Assembly: GCA_023231475.1 (NCBI GenBank)
Contig: JALJEE010001503.1
Coordinates: 1 to 64,000, forward strand
Source: Seison nebaliae
Taxonomy: Eukaryota
Direction of reading: 5' to 3'
Length of the DNA: 64,000 bases
Below are positions 12,036 through 25,631 of this stretch, piece after piece. Made by a program: the position numbers and the translations under genes. The notes beneath the pieces were generated by a model. It saw only the letters and a list, made by a program, of their open reading frames with translations. It did no database searches and was not told the origin of the DNA. Within the stretch, counting starts at the first letter, position 1; each line of letters starts with the position of its first letter.

Positions 12036-12545
12036 GAGGAGAAAGAGAGATGATGATGATGATAAACATGATAATTTTAAAGAATTATTTAATGAAATGA
12101 AAATCATATACTCGATAATGAAATGAAGAATAAGTTTTATAAGTAGAAAATAATTATTAATTTTTCAAAAGAAAAACTTTTTTTTTCAATTCTTTTTATC
12201 TGCATTCTTTATCGATTTCGTCTTTCCGATTTAAAGACTACGACATATTTAAGATGGGGATAGATATTAGCAGATAGATGTGAATGAATGTGTGAGAGAC
12301 ATCGAAGTTCTCGGATAGAATTGTGGGATGTTAATCAAAACGTTCATTATATTTTTCCGGGTAGCAATATGATGGTGAATGATGAAATGGAAAAGGAGAG
12401 AAATAAAAGATAATTGCAAAAATGAAAGGAAACGACGGTATTCTTTGTTATGAATTGTGTTAAATAAAAAAAAAAGTGGGGAAATTCAATGATTATACGT
12501 TTTTATATCTCATTTATTTATAACACACCACATCATCTTCAACGA

Positions 12546-15067
12546 TCATTCGACATCTCGATTATTAAATTTCTTCGAACTTTTCATTTCTCCTCGTCGA
12601 TTGGGTCTTCGATTATTCTTATCATTAGATCCATTTATTAGATGAGAATAATAATTATTATTGTTATTATTATTATTATTATTGTTTATTGAATTCGGAT
12701 ATTGTTGAGGATGATTATATGAATGTGGTTGTTGTTGTTCTTGTTCTTGTTGATGATGATATGATGAGTTATTATTATCGAGACTATTATTACTATTAGA
12801 AAGCGATGTTGTTGCATTATGGTTGACAGTGGAGTAATTGCTTCCACTCATCGAACCACCATTCGACATATTTCCCGTGTTATTATATCGCCTTCGATTA
12901 TTATATCGACGATCATCTGAAACGGAAAATTAATTAATAATAAAATCACAATAATTAAATAATAATAATTTTGTCAAGAGTCAAAGAATTTTTTTAAAAA
13001 AATTTGAGAAAAATAAAATTCCTTTCGATTGACAATCGACGAAAGAAGTAGAAATTGAGAATAAGGTGAGAGATTAAGGAAAAATTAACAGAAAAACAAT
13101 CAACAAGGTCATCAAACATCAAAAGAAACAATTATATCTATTCATATTATCTATTTTCTGATATCTTTCTCCTGACACTCATATATCAATCTCACCTCAA
13201 TGTCGAGATATTATTATTTGGTCGGAAAGTGAATTTCCTATGTTGTCCTCTCGACATTCTTCCTCGACGATGATATCCGCCTCTTTTACGACGATTATTT
13301 CCATGTACAGAAGATGTATCTGATTGATATGCAGTTCCAACACCAGTATCAACTGACGAATAACTGGTATATCGATCAGTAGCTAAGCCGTCAACAAAAG
13401 CTTTTTTAGATAAATTAAATTTAAAAAAAAAAAATAATTTTTCATCATTCAGCACACACTAACCATAATTGGGATTCTTATTATTGTAACGTTGATTACC
13501 ACCTGATTGTCTAAAAAGATAAATATTAAATAAATAAATTAATTCGTAATAAATTTTCAAATTTTAACTGATCGTCACGATGAATACCATTTTCATTTTT
13601 CTTCCGTATTTGTTCATGCAATTCCGTTTGTTTTATTCTCATTTGGTCGATATCCTACAAAAAATGAAGTTAAATGAAAAATTGAAATTAATTTGGAAAA
13701 ACTTTCAAATGTTTGATGTGATGAAGGAGCATCGTTCTGGCAAGATCAACATTTTCTTTCGTTCCAATAAAAACAAATTGCACACAATTATCCGTATTGT
13801 CAATTGATGGATCGATTGTCTGCCAATCGATTTTCGCATATGTCATATATTTCTCATCCAATTCATTCGATTCATTCGTTCCATCTATCGATGATTGTGA
13901 TATATTATCTGCATTATGGAGATTCATATCATTTCCATCACTCCCATTATCATCATTATGGATCTTCTCTCCTTTACCATCTTTACTTCCATCAATTCGA
14001 ACTCGAATCACATTTGAACGATCGACAATTTCCTGCATAACTCGTCCGTTCTTTCCGATCACTTTCCCCACAATCGGTTGTGGCACTAAAATTGAACAAT
14101 GAATATATTCCATAATTGCACGTGCTTCTGCCACCGCCTCTTCTGTATCTCCATAAATTGTAATGACATTTTTCAACATTTTATTCTCCGAATCTGAATT
14201 AACTTCAATTCCACGAATTCCCAACAATGTCTTTGCTTTCGTAATATTCGTACCACGTGAACCAATCGCTAATCCCACAAGTGATGGAGCGATATGAATC
14301 TTTTCAATAAATGGACATGTTCCATATGTCAAAACAGATGCATCTTTTTTCTTCACTTTTTCTGAAAAAGACAAAAGTTGTTTTTCCATATGTAATTCTC
14401 GTCGTTTCATTTCCAATTTCTCATGACAATGACTAGTTAACATATCTAACAATGCTTCACTCTTCTTTCTTGTTCCCATATCTAACGAGAGTATGGAGAC
14501 TTGTCTAGTGGATGGATCGTAAGAAATATAAGCGGCATCTAATCCATCTTTAATATTTTCCATTTCTGTCTCGTCACCAAATGCGTCAGCATTTTCTTTC
14601 TTTACATTCATTTTATGAGAATAAATTTTAAGTTTCGTTAAATCTTCTTTTGGTAATTTCGCTCGTACACTTGACTCATCGAAAATATCCTGTTTCTCCG
14701 TTTTCGATAATTTAAAACTGGCCGCATAAACGTTATTGGTGATCTTTTTGCATTCAGCCGTGTGCCAACCACACAATTTATTCTTGTTCGATTCGTCATT
14801 ATAATAGACTTCAAATTGATCTCCCACATTAATAATTGCCGACGATTTAGTCGGTAGAGTTAATTCCGTTCGATTCAAATTCAATGGTTCCATCCAATTA
14901 TTTTCAAATTCAACTTTCAATTCATCTCCATTCACTTCTACCACATTAACCTGTCATGATTGGAAATAGGAACGACGAATGAAAAGAAACAAATCGCCAA
15001 CCGTATAATATACTTCCTCATGTAAATATTCGAATTTGAGATCATTTGATGAATTCATTTTATCCAT
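12546..15067 (-). CDS. FMR1: Fragile X RNA-binding protein (FMR1/FXR family): Agenet/Tudor, KH1-KH2, RG-rich and N/Q-rich tail
   Basis: [30 protein letters not shown] (KH1), [26 protein letters not shown] (KH2), [13 protein letters not shown] at 15067. Multi-exon; the 3' exon structure (stop at 13192 versus 12546) is uncertain. Confidence 0.92.
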
Positions 15068-16065
15068 TAAAATCCCAAAGAAATATTTCTGAAATGTTTC
15101 TAAGGAAAAAGATTCAAGAAAAAAAGATATGAATCTTCCGAAATTATCTGTCTAAATTAATTTGAATGAACGATCATTTTATGAGGGAAATCGTCGCGAA
15201 TTATTAGGAAAGGAAACAGAATATATTCCCTAAATATACTTCTACTTCTACTTCTTCTTCTTCTTCCTTCGTCCCATCAAAGATACAATTTGAAAGAAAA
15301 ATATTTTCAAAATAATTTATTACAAATTATTTTTCATTTATTTCCTTCAAATTTTTTAGAAAATATTTTTTGGAAATTTGGTGAAAGATGATACATATCT
15401 TGATCAGACGGAATGATAAGAGGAATTAGTTAGGAAGGAAGGAAGGAAGGTAAGAAATGAATGATCGATTACGGTAATATATCGAACGTTTGAAAATGGA
15501 ATATTTGTGATATAACACTAGGGAGAAGAAACAGTCGAACGGTTAAGGCAGAAAAAAGCTTACTTGTAAAGATTACAAGAGAAAACAATTACTTCAGTTT
15601 TTTCTCCATCTCTCATATATACAATATCTCTTTGTCTGTATATCTTCAACTAAACCTTCTGGAAAGATTTCCTATTGTGCTCTAAACATATTCCAAATAA
15701 TTCACTGATTCATGTAAAAAATTAAGGACGATTAAAATCGAAGCTCACTCTTCTCGCTAACTGCTTTCCAATTCATCAAGAAAAGCTTAGGTACTGCGAT
15801 TGCTTTCGTTCTTTGACATCCCATGGTGACCGTATAATTAATTATTTCCCATATGGAAAACAAACAAACAGTTCCATTTCACATGTGTTCCTTTTTTTTT
15901 TCAGATGACGAACCTTTTTGAAATTAATGAAAAAATTTAAAAAGTATTTTGAAATTTTTTGAAAAAAAAAATATTATTTCAAAAATTTCAAACTTTTAGC
16001 TTATACCCTCACACATGTTTCCTCTTTAAATTATTCACGTTTTTTTTTCAAATTCCCATACAGAT

Positions 16066-17289
16066 ATGTATCTGCTATTTGAGCATGCTTCCGGGTATGC
16101 TTTATTCAGAGTGAAAGGATTAGACGATATTGGTAAAGATGATCGTCAAATTGAAGATAGTTTCTCTTCATATGAGAAATTCAAAACGACAAGTAAAATG
16201 ATTGCATTTGCTGCGTTTACAAGTGGAGTGAATGCATTGGAAAATTTGAATGCCATATCAGAAGGAGTTCTCCATCCTGATTTGAAATTGTTTCTTGATA
16301 CTTATCTTCCGAATAAGAAACATATGTTGGGCGTATCCGATCAACGATTAGCAGCCACATTGAAAGAGACTTATGATATTTCCATTCAAACTGGTGGTAA
16401 TGTCCAAGAGATTACTCGATGTATTCGAAATCATTTCCATCATTTCGTTGAGAAGTTAAATGAGAAAAGTAGTGAAAAAGCACAACTTGGTCTTGGTCAT
16501 GCTTATTCTCGATCAAAAGTCCAATTTAATGTTAATCGTGTCGATAATATGGTTATTCAATCAATCGCCTTATTAGATCAATTAGATAAAGATGTGAATA
16601 CATTTTGTATGAGAATTCGAGAATGGTACGCTTATCATTTTCCCGAATTAGCGAAGTTAGTTCCAGATAACGGAAATTTTGCGAAATGTGTATATCTCAT
16701 TGGCGACCGAAATCATATGGAACAGATTGAAGATATTCAAGAGAAATTGAACGAGATATTAGAAGATGAAAATATAACAGAACAAATTTTAACCGCTTCC
16801 AAAACCAGTATGGGAATGGATATTAGTGAATTGGATTTAATCAACATCAAATCTTTCGCTAGTCGAGTAAAGAATTTAGCTTCATATCGAATTAAACTTC
16901 AAAAATATCTTCATGTCAAAGTTGGAAATGTTGCTCCAAATCTTTCAGCTCTTATTGGTGATCAAGTATCAGCACGTCTGATATCACATGCTGGTAGTTT
17001 GACGAATCTGGCGAAACAACCAGCTAGTACCATTCAAATTCTTGGAGCTGAGAAAGCATTGTTTCGAGCATTGAAGAAAAAAGGAAATACTCCTAAATAT
17101 GGTTTGATTTATAAAACAACATTTATCGGAAAGACTCCAATGAAAGCGAAAGGAAAAATTTCGAGATTAGTCGCCAATAAATGCGCCATCGCATCTCGAT
17201 TAGACGCTTTCTCTGATGATCCGACCGTCGAACATGGATTGGCAATGAAAGAGACAATTAACGACAAGATAAAAGATTTGAAACTTTAA
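16066..17289 (+). CDS. NOP56: Nucleolar protein 56 (box C/D snoRNP), intronless, no C-terminal tail
   Basis: LFEHASGYALF, ALENLNAISEG, AQLGLGHAYSRSKVQFNVNRVDNMVIQSIALLDQLDKDVNTF, STIQILGAEKALFRALK. Confidence 0.96.
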   Translation: MYLLFEHASGYALFRVKGLDDIGKDDRQIEDSFSSYEKFKTTSKMIAFAAFTSGVNALENLNAISEGVLHPDLKLFLDTYLPNKKHMLGVSDQRLAATLKETYDISIQTGGNVQEITRCIRNHFHHFVEKLNEKSSEKAQLGLGHAYSRSKVQFNVNRVDNMVIQSIALLDQLDKDVNTFCMRIREWYAYHFPELAKLVPDNGNFAKCVYLIGDRNHMEQIEDIQEKLNEILEDENITEQILTASKTSMGMDISELDLINIKSFASRVKNLASYRIKLQKYLHVKVGNVAPNLSALIGDQVSARLISHAGSLTNLAKQPASTIQILGAEKALFRALKKKGNTPKYGLIYKTTFIGKTPMKAKGKISRLVANKCAIASRLDAFSDDPTVEHGLAMKETINDKIKDLKL

Positions 17290-20200
17290 TTTAATATTTT
17301 TCTCGTTGTATATTCTACATTTGAACTGATTTCATTTCTCTCTAATTTTCTTCTTCAATAAATCATTTATCATCATTCATCTCTTATTTTTCATTTTTTT
17401 TAATGAAATTCCATTTCTATAATCCATTATATTTTCATTCTAACAACTTTCTTTTAATTAATTTTAATAATTTTACAATTGCCGATCGGAAATTATAAAA
17501 ATTTAAGAACGAATATGACTATTCTAAATTATAATTTTAAGTATATTTTTCATTGTCAAACATAATTTCCAAACATTTGGTAACTTAATTTTTCGTGGAA
17601 GTATTATTCTTATTGATTAGTGCTCGTAAATGATTAAGTAGAAATGATATTAATATAAATATTTATATTAATATTAATATTATAAAATATAATGTTATGA
17701 AATAGAATTGACTGTTTATATTAAACATAAAACAATTTAAGTTGTCTTTTTATCTCATATTAAGTTATCTTATTACAGACTCTTCTTTAAAAAGGGATGG
17801 TCATTTAATCGATTGATTTTGAGATCTTCTTTCTGATTTATGAAATTATTGGATTATGACTGATAATTAAATTGTGAAAATCGCGAGAATATTTGCGGAA
17901 GAAACATAAAAAAGAAATTTGCGAACGAATAAACTTTTGTTTGAGTTTTTAGGGTAAAATGGAGGAAATATGAAAATGAAAATTTCACGTCGAAAAATTT
18001 ATCTATTTTAAATATTTGTCGATCACCATGGTAAAAGCGTAAAAAGTTTGTATCAATATGCATCGTGTAGAATTTATCATTCGACTGTTTTTTCGCACAC
18101 TTAGTCAGTGAGAATGGATACATTCCATTAAAGAATCCACTAGTAGGAATAAACAATAAAAATGGTAAAGTGAATGGATAAATTTCGTTTGTTTCCATAT
18201 TCGTTTGTGTTAATTGTCGAGATTGTGAACGTTCTGGAAACATCTGGTAAAGAACAATTCTTTTTATTTATTAGTGCCATTAACAGTCATTGATATTACA
18301 CAGCAAATAGAGAGGTGTTCGTGTGAATGTGTAAAAAGTTTCCATCGTTCTACAGTTAATTTTGGGAAATTATTCTTGAAGATAAATCCAAATTAATGAA
18401 TTAACAAATAGTAGGATCGAAAGATTTTAACAAATCTCATTTCACACAATTGATGAGGTAGAGCAGAGACGATGCTCATGACTTAATTTTTGATATTTCT
18501 CCTCAAACCGTATAAAGCGGTAAGATGTTGCACATCCTCTTTTATTCATTAATCACTGGAACGGAAAAAAATCAGAATAAGAAACGAGTGGCGCCGCCTG
18601 TTTCTACAGTTTCCGATCGAAAAAGTAGTCCCGTTTAAATCCTGTTTATTTTGACATGATATTGTTGTGATTCGGCATGAGGCATTGAGGCGAGAATGTA
18701 AAAGAAAGGTAAGATTGAAAAGTTGACAATGGAAAAGCAGATGAGAATCAAAGAAGATACTGAAGATAAAATCTTCAGTCCATAAACAAATGATTCAGTT
18801 TGTAATGTCAAACACAATTGATCGATAGGAACATATAAATTGATGGAAATTTCATGATTTATATGAAAACTTTCTATGATTAGATATTCATTTCATTTGT
18901 ACAAAGGAAATCATCATTCTTTGATCAAATGATTTGTCATTTATATGAAGAAATATGAGAGAAAGTAGAAAGAAATTTTACGGCAATTTCCCACACACAA
19001 AAGATGATATTCCAGTCAAAATAGATAATTCATTTGAACAACCGGAAAATTTCACGTCTCAATAAAATTCTTTGAATTTTTTTTAAAAATCTGTCCATCT
19101 TTTCTTTACACATTTTAGTAGACGAACAATTTGTTTCTTAAAACATCAAATGAATTTCATCATTCCTATACAAATGTTTCCGACCACTCATGAAGAAAAA
19201 AATGATTTTTTTATAGCTCGAAATTCTTCCCCAGCTACAAATGTTCAACATTTTCAAATCGACATTCAAAATTGAAAGATTTTCATTTTCTCATCGTTCC
19301 TATTATTTATTCGTAATCGACATTCACATATATGCTAATCATGGGAGAACTGACTTTGCCATTGACGAAAGAGAACGGTTCAATTTTCAGGTAATGAGAA
19401 TCATCATTCCATTTGACAATTCTTAATATTTATTCAATCTCATAAATTATGTTTGACTTCCCTCACAACAAAACAAATTTTTCTCAAGTCCATTTTCTTG
19501 TTGGCAATTTAAATGATCTTTTTTTACTTTTTACTAATTCCATTCAATTTATCAAATTATCATGTCCTTCTTGTTTCGTTGCGTTGTATTTGAGGGAAAT
19601 AAGAAATTAGCTATTATTTTCTTCATCGAAATCGATAGTCGATATGTGACCTACGATTGATACTTAACACCTAAACGAAGCTGAGATCTCCTTTCACAGT
19701 CTCACAGTAAGAAATTATCGGCTCTCAGGAATCCATTCGGAAAGTTTCTTCATTTTTTTATTCAAATTATTAACTTTCGGCATTGTTCATCCAATTGGCT
19801 CAGGGGACAGCCTAATCGACGACTCCATTTGCATTGTCGATTGTTCATTGAATTGAGAATGAACCGCGATTAATCCTGCTGTTCTGGTGGAAAGAAGAGA
19901 AAGAGAATGAATAAACGTTTCAAATGAATAATTATTATAATCGTCCTCCTTCTCCACCAAACAAATTGACGAAAATTATTTTGAACGATCAATTTCGTAT
20001 TTGAAAGAGTAATTGGGAGAAGGGTAATCATGTACCACTAGATATCATCAGATGATCACCATCAACATTTGGTTCAAGTGTCACAGATTGTCTATTGAGA
20101 AAATCAATATTGGATGGACCTCTAATCATTTTCGTCACATTTCTCTAATCGATGGTGAATGGTCGAGAATAAATTCATATTGAACTCCTCCACATATTTA

Positions 20201-21004
20201 TTGATATTTGATGGATTTACACATTTCTAGTCACAAAATTGTCTTTCCCTCAAAACTTGAGTTTTGTTTACGAAGTGAAGACGAATAAGTATTGAATTAA
20301 TTTAAATAGTTGAACATTTTCATTAGAGTTGGTATTGTTAAATAGAAACATTTCTCTCGAGAGAAATTAAATATTCGATATCATTTACAGACAATTTTTC
20401 TTATTGCTCCTCCTTTAGTTGCAGATATTTTCATTTCTCTCCCTCCTGACCTGATCGAACGAATAGATAAGGTGAATTGATCACATCCTAATTTGTTAAC
20501 ACGACTTCTCATTTTTTTCACAACGGTCTGATGACAATCTACTAGCAGTATATATCGATTGATATAGATACAGATATTCAACGATATATTTTTTTATACT
20601 ATTCATTCCTCTTCATCTCTTGCCTTACGGTTAGACTAGTAAAACTTTTCAAATTTTCCGTTGATCCGTACATCACCTCCAGCCTCCTCTTGCGCATATA
20701 TAGATAAAAGTTTCTTCATCTTATCGTTAGAACGTGCATAGACAGTGTGTGTGATGCCACATACCGATTTAGCACATTCACTACTATTTCTCTTACAATC
20801 TCTCCTTCCTTATCTTTTCTTATAAAATGGACAACTACCCAAATTCCTCAACTGAATTTATTTCATCTTCACATACAAAAACAAACATTATCATTTATCA
20901 TTGTTCAATATTTCAGTTTCTTAATAGTTTTCTATTTTCTCAACAGATTCATTTTTATCGATTTGTATTTGTCGACGAAACATTTTTAATTTCCATTTCA
21001 AACT

Positions 21005-22024
21005 ATGTTTTCGATTGAAAATATTTTGAAAGATGCGAATACGAATAAACGGAAATTGTCGGACGAAGAGATCATTGAGGATTCGAGAAAACGTATCAAA
21101 ATTGAAAAGACGTTCACAATCGAAAATATTTCTCCAATCACTACTGATAAGTCGATGAGTTTCCGTGATTCAGGTATGGAATCGACAACCGTTTCAAACG
21201 ATTCCGATTTATTCAATCGATCAACTCCACCATTGCCAATGGAAAGGAAACAATCAATTCCATCGAATGATAATGAGAAAATCAATAACATAAGAACTGT
21301 TGAAGAGATTGAACATTTGAAAAATTATTTTATTCAACAAAAAAATCTTCAACTATTTCGTCAACAACAACAATTACAGTTCGAACAACAACAGAGAGAA
21401 GAAAAAGATAGAAATCATCAAAATCAAATGATCCAAAAAATTCAATTAATTCAACAATTGATAGCCAATCGACAGAAGCAGGAACCACAAACGAATTTTG
21501 TTGGCGGTGAAAATAAAGAGAATTCCAGAATGAACTCAAATCTTATTGGTCCGCTAACTAATCAACCTATGAAAGTGACGGAATTAAAAAAGAAACGAGT
21601 TCGTAAAGAATGGAAATGTGAGACGTGCGGTAAAATATTCGATCGTCCTTCACTTCTCATTCGACATGTTCGTACACATACGGGAGAGAAGCCGCATCAT
21701 TGTGAAGTTTGTGGGAAGTCATTCTCAACATCCAGTTCATTGAATACTCATGTTCGAATACATTCGGGAGAGAAACCACATGTCTGCAATGTTTGTGGTA
21801 AACGATTTACAGCAAGTAGCAATTTATATTATCATCGAATGATTCATACGAAAGTGAAACCACATCCATGTTTGCATTGTGGTAAGACGTTTGCAACACC
21901 CGGAGATCTCAAAACTCACACTTATACTCATACAGGAAATTGGCCGTTTCAATGTAAGATTTGTCATCGCGGATTTTCCAAAATCAACAATTTGAAACAT
22001 CATGAGGAAACGCATTTCAGTTAG
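21005..22024 (+). CDS. C2H2 zinc-finger transcription factor (5 fingers) with N-terminal eh1 motif
   Basis: MFSIENIL is an eh1-like Groucho-binding motif. A Q-rich linker is followed by five C2H2 fingers joined by HTGEKP-type linkers. Intronless, preceded by ~3.6 kb of non-coding DNA. Confidence 0.9.
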   Translation: MFSIENILKDANTNKRKLSDEEIIEDSRKRIKIEKTFTIENISPITTDKSMSFRDSGMESTTVSNDSDLFNRSTPPLPMERKQSIPSNDNEKINNIRTVEEIEHLKNYFIQQKNLQLFRQQQQLQFEQQQREEKDRNHQNQMIQKIQLIQQLIANRQKQEPQTNFVGGENKENSRMNSNLIGPLTNQPMKVTELKKKRVRKEWKCETCGKIFDRPSLLIRHVRTHTGEKPHHCEVCGKSFSTSSSLNTHVRIHSGEKPHVCNVCGKRFTASSNLYYHRMIHTKVKPHPCLHCGKTFATPGDLKTHTYTHTGNWPFQCKICHRGFSKINNLKHHEETHFS

Positions 22025-22816
22025 TCTTTTATTTTTCACTTATCATTTATATTTATACTTTTCTAGAAAAACTTATGAAAATGGAGAGTATTCCTTATAG
22101 CATGACCAATTAATTCGCTAATTCTCTTTCAATTAGTTATCATTTTTTTTTCATAATTATTCTTTTTCTCTTTTTTTTAAGATACATCTATTCCAGTAAT
22201 TATTATTATCTATTTTTTATCTATTTCTATTTTCCCCGATACTTATATATTCCAATAAATTATTCCACCATCAATAACATTTTCATCTCTTAAATAAAAC
22301 AAATAAATCTCATTCAACATGAAATCTTTTAAAAATAGAAATAATGAATATTTATTAAAAATATAAATTACGAAAATTTGGTAAAAATCTAAATTAGGAA
22401 AATTTTTTAAAAAACTAATTGTGAAATTTTATTTTAAAATAAAAAATTAGATAAAAATAATTATCATTTGGCCATGTTAAAGAAAGGAAATTTTTTTTAA
22501 TTTTTCTCAAAAAAATTCTATCCAGTCACATATACAATTTGGATTAAATATCTAAGCTTGAGAAGTTTTATTAAACTTCCATTTTTTTTGATTTGTCATA
22601 ATAGAAATATATATTGAAGGAATGCAATTAATTCTAACTATTATTTGTAAGTTCGATTTTATTTTAGTTCTCATTTTCTCTTGTGTATTCATATTAGTCG
22701 AATGTATCTTCATTAATTCCACAAATTCGTCTTCATCAATTGTAGTATCTTTCAGCTCATCTTAGACATTTAATTCTTCTCTTCTGTTTATTAACTTTAA
22801 ATTTGTGTGGGGAAAA

Positions 22817-24084
22817 ATGGCGAAATTGGAAGCGATGGAAATAATGCCATCATCGAATTTTGATACAAAATTGAAAATGTCTCAAAAAAAATTTAATCCA
22901 TTCACAACTCGAAAACTGGAGCCGGTATTTGGTTATTGATGATTGTCATTGAAAATTTTAAAATTAAAATATTAAATTTTTCCAGCTTCTGATACCGATG
23001 ATAAAAAGAGATCTCAATCGATGAAGAATGCAAAGAGTTTGCACAAGAATTTAATGTCGTTATGGAGGAAGCAAGATGCGAGAGTTGGTGATGATATCGA
23101 CAAGATTCTCATTCAAATAAAAGTTTCAAATTAATTTATTCACAATTTAAATTTAAAACAAATAATAATAATTACAGAAAGAATGTATCAATTTGAATTT
23201 CATGCCAGATGAAGCAACTGATATTATGGCACCAGAATTATTATTAATGAGTTACATATTTGTGTATAATTAATTAAATCTAATTATTTGCATTTTTAGG
23301 AGATGTATTAGAAATTAGTACGATGAGAGCGATTGATCGTAAAGATGTGGAACAATTTGAAAAACAATATGATCAATTGACATCATATTATAATGATTAT
23401 GGATCATTACTTCAACAATCCGCTACTTATACTCAAATGAAAGGATTATATCTTTTATTTCTATTAGCGAAGAATCGTTTAGCTGAATTTCATGCCGTTT
23501 AGTCATTTTTTAAAATTGATTTGAACCAAATTAATAATTTGATGATAATTTGATGATAAATGGAAAATAGGCAATTGAGTCCATCGATCCAAATCTTCTT
23601 CAAGATGATGTTTATATTCAACATCCAATTCAATTGGAACAACATTTGACGGAAGGCAGTTATCACAAAATCTTTTTAGCCAAAGCCAATTTACCATCAG
23701 AACGGTATGGATTATTCATCGATCTCTTACTTGATACGATACGGAATGAGATCGGTCGTGGAATTCAGGAATCTTATAAGAAAATGAAAGTATCGGAAGC
23801 GAGACGTATGTTATTTTTCGGGGAGAAAGATGATAAATCATTTCGAAAATATATCGAGAAAGTTTTTTCTTTTTTAAATTTTTTTTTCGAATTTTCATTT
23901 TATTTTTTTTGAAATATAGAATCGATGGAAATTTAATGAGAAGAAAGATTATTTAGTTTTTGATGTAGTGGAGAAGGATAAAGATGTTAATCCGAATGAT
24001 ATCGCTACACCATTATCCATTCCAGTGAAGGATGTCGGTCTTCGTTTATTGGACTATGCTAAACAATTAGAAAGAATTATTTAA
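22817..24084 (+). CDS. PSMD8: 26S proteasome regulatory subunit Rpn12, 6 exons
   Basis: Spliced product contains RDVLEI, GLYLLFLLAKNRLAEFH, YIQHPIQLEQHLTEGSYHKIFLAK, LLDTIRNEI and ends LDYAKQLERII. Five GTT...AG introns. Confidence 0.93.
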
Positions 24085-24290
24085 TTATTCTTCACTCTCC
24101 AATTTCTTTAAGAAATTCAACTTTAAAAATCGACATATTTCCTCATTGACTTCATTAACTGACATGAGATTGAATAATTAAAATTTCTTATAATTTTTTT
24201 TTAAACATTCAAAAATTTATTATAATTTTTCCTTTCTATATTTCCTTCATTTAATTAAGAAAATTTTTTTTGTGGTAGAATTGTTAATGA

Positions 24291-25629
24291 ATGAATCGAT
24301 TACATTCCGTTCAGAAATGGTATTTAAAAAAATTGATGGGAGAGTTGTTGTCGAATGATGTGAAATTGAGAAGATCGGCATTGAGTCGTTCGATAACATT
24401 AATAGAAAGTGGAAATGTTAATGGAACGATTAGAAGACAATATGGACAATTGAAACCGAATTTAGTTTAAATTTATTTTCATCAAATTATTTTTTTGATG
24501 ATATTTGAAAGGAAATGAATTGTGAGAAATTGAGATCATCAGCTACTTGTCTTCAATTGTTTATGGATGAGATTTGTTCGAAAACATCTAAACAAAAACG
24601 AACGATTCGTTTGGGATTTACCGGTGCACCTGGTGCTGGTAAATCGACATTTATCGATTCATTCGGATCATATCTCTCCGACGAGTATTCATTGAAAGTT
24701 GCCGTTCTCACAATTGATCCATCATCAGATGTTGGTGGTGGTTCAATTTTAGGTGACAAAACAAGAATGAGTTCATTATCAATAAAAAATGATTCTTTTA
24801 TTCGTTCGTCACCATCGAAAAATTCGTTAGGTGGAATCGCTCCTGTAACATACGAAACGATTCTCTTATGTGAAGCTGCTCGATATGATATCGTATTAAT
24901 TGAATCAGTAGGTTTAATTAAAATATTTGATAAATGTCAATTTGGTTTTTAGGTGTGGGACAATCAGAATCAGAAATTCGAGATGTTTCCGATTTCCTTC
25001 TTCTATTAGTTCCACCTGGAAGTGGCGATAATGTACAAGGTAAATATTTATGATATTAATTAATTTAAAAATTAAAAAATTTATTAAATATTTGAAGGAA
25101 TTAAGAAAGGAATAATGGAACATATTGATGGAATTTGTGTGACTAAGAGTGATGGTGATTTGATACCGTCAGCGAGGAGAACATATTCAGAATATCAGTC
25201 AGCAATTCGTCTTTATTCAAATGAAGAGAAAAATATAAAAGTTTATAAAATTAATATTTAAAATATTTTTTATTTATTATTAAAATTAAAATTATCATGA
25301 TTATAATTCCAGATATTTATGACGAGTGCGAAAAAGGATGAAGGGATGGAAAATTTATGGAATTATTTAAATAAATTTTCTATCGATCAATTAACGTCCA
25401 TACGTCAGGAACAGAAAACGAAATGGTTCGATTGATAATTTCGAAAGTTCGAAAAGTAAAATTTTCTTTAATCAGGTTCCGTCGTCATTTCCTGCAACGA
25501 ATTGTGAATGAGTCGAAAGAATTCCTTTCGACGAATCATTCAAAATATCATCAAGTAGTTGGTAGTCCATATTATGTGGTGGAAGAAGAATTGAATCGTT
25601 TTATGAAATTTTTAAAAGAAAAAAAATAA
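24291..25629 (+). CDS. MMAA: Methylmalonic aciduria type A GTPase (MeaB/ArgK family), 6 exons
   Basis: [75 protein letters not shown]. Confidence 0.93.
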
Positions 25630-25631
25630 AA

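Noticed and set aside
15948..15992. Imperfect inverted repeat upstream of NOP56
   Set aside because: Composed almost entirely of A/T runs; low information content.
18452..18510. TGAGGTAG (let-7-like seed), small hairpin and Sm-site-like AATTTTTG
   Set aside because: The rest of let-7 does not match, and there is no convincing pre-miRNA, snRNA or SL RNA structure; expected by chance in AT-rich DNA.
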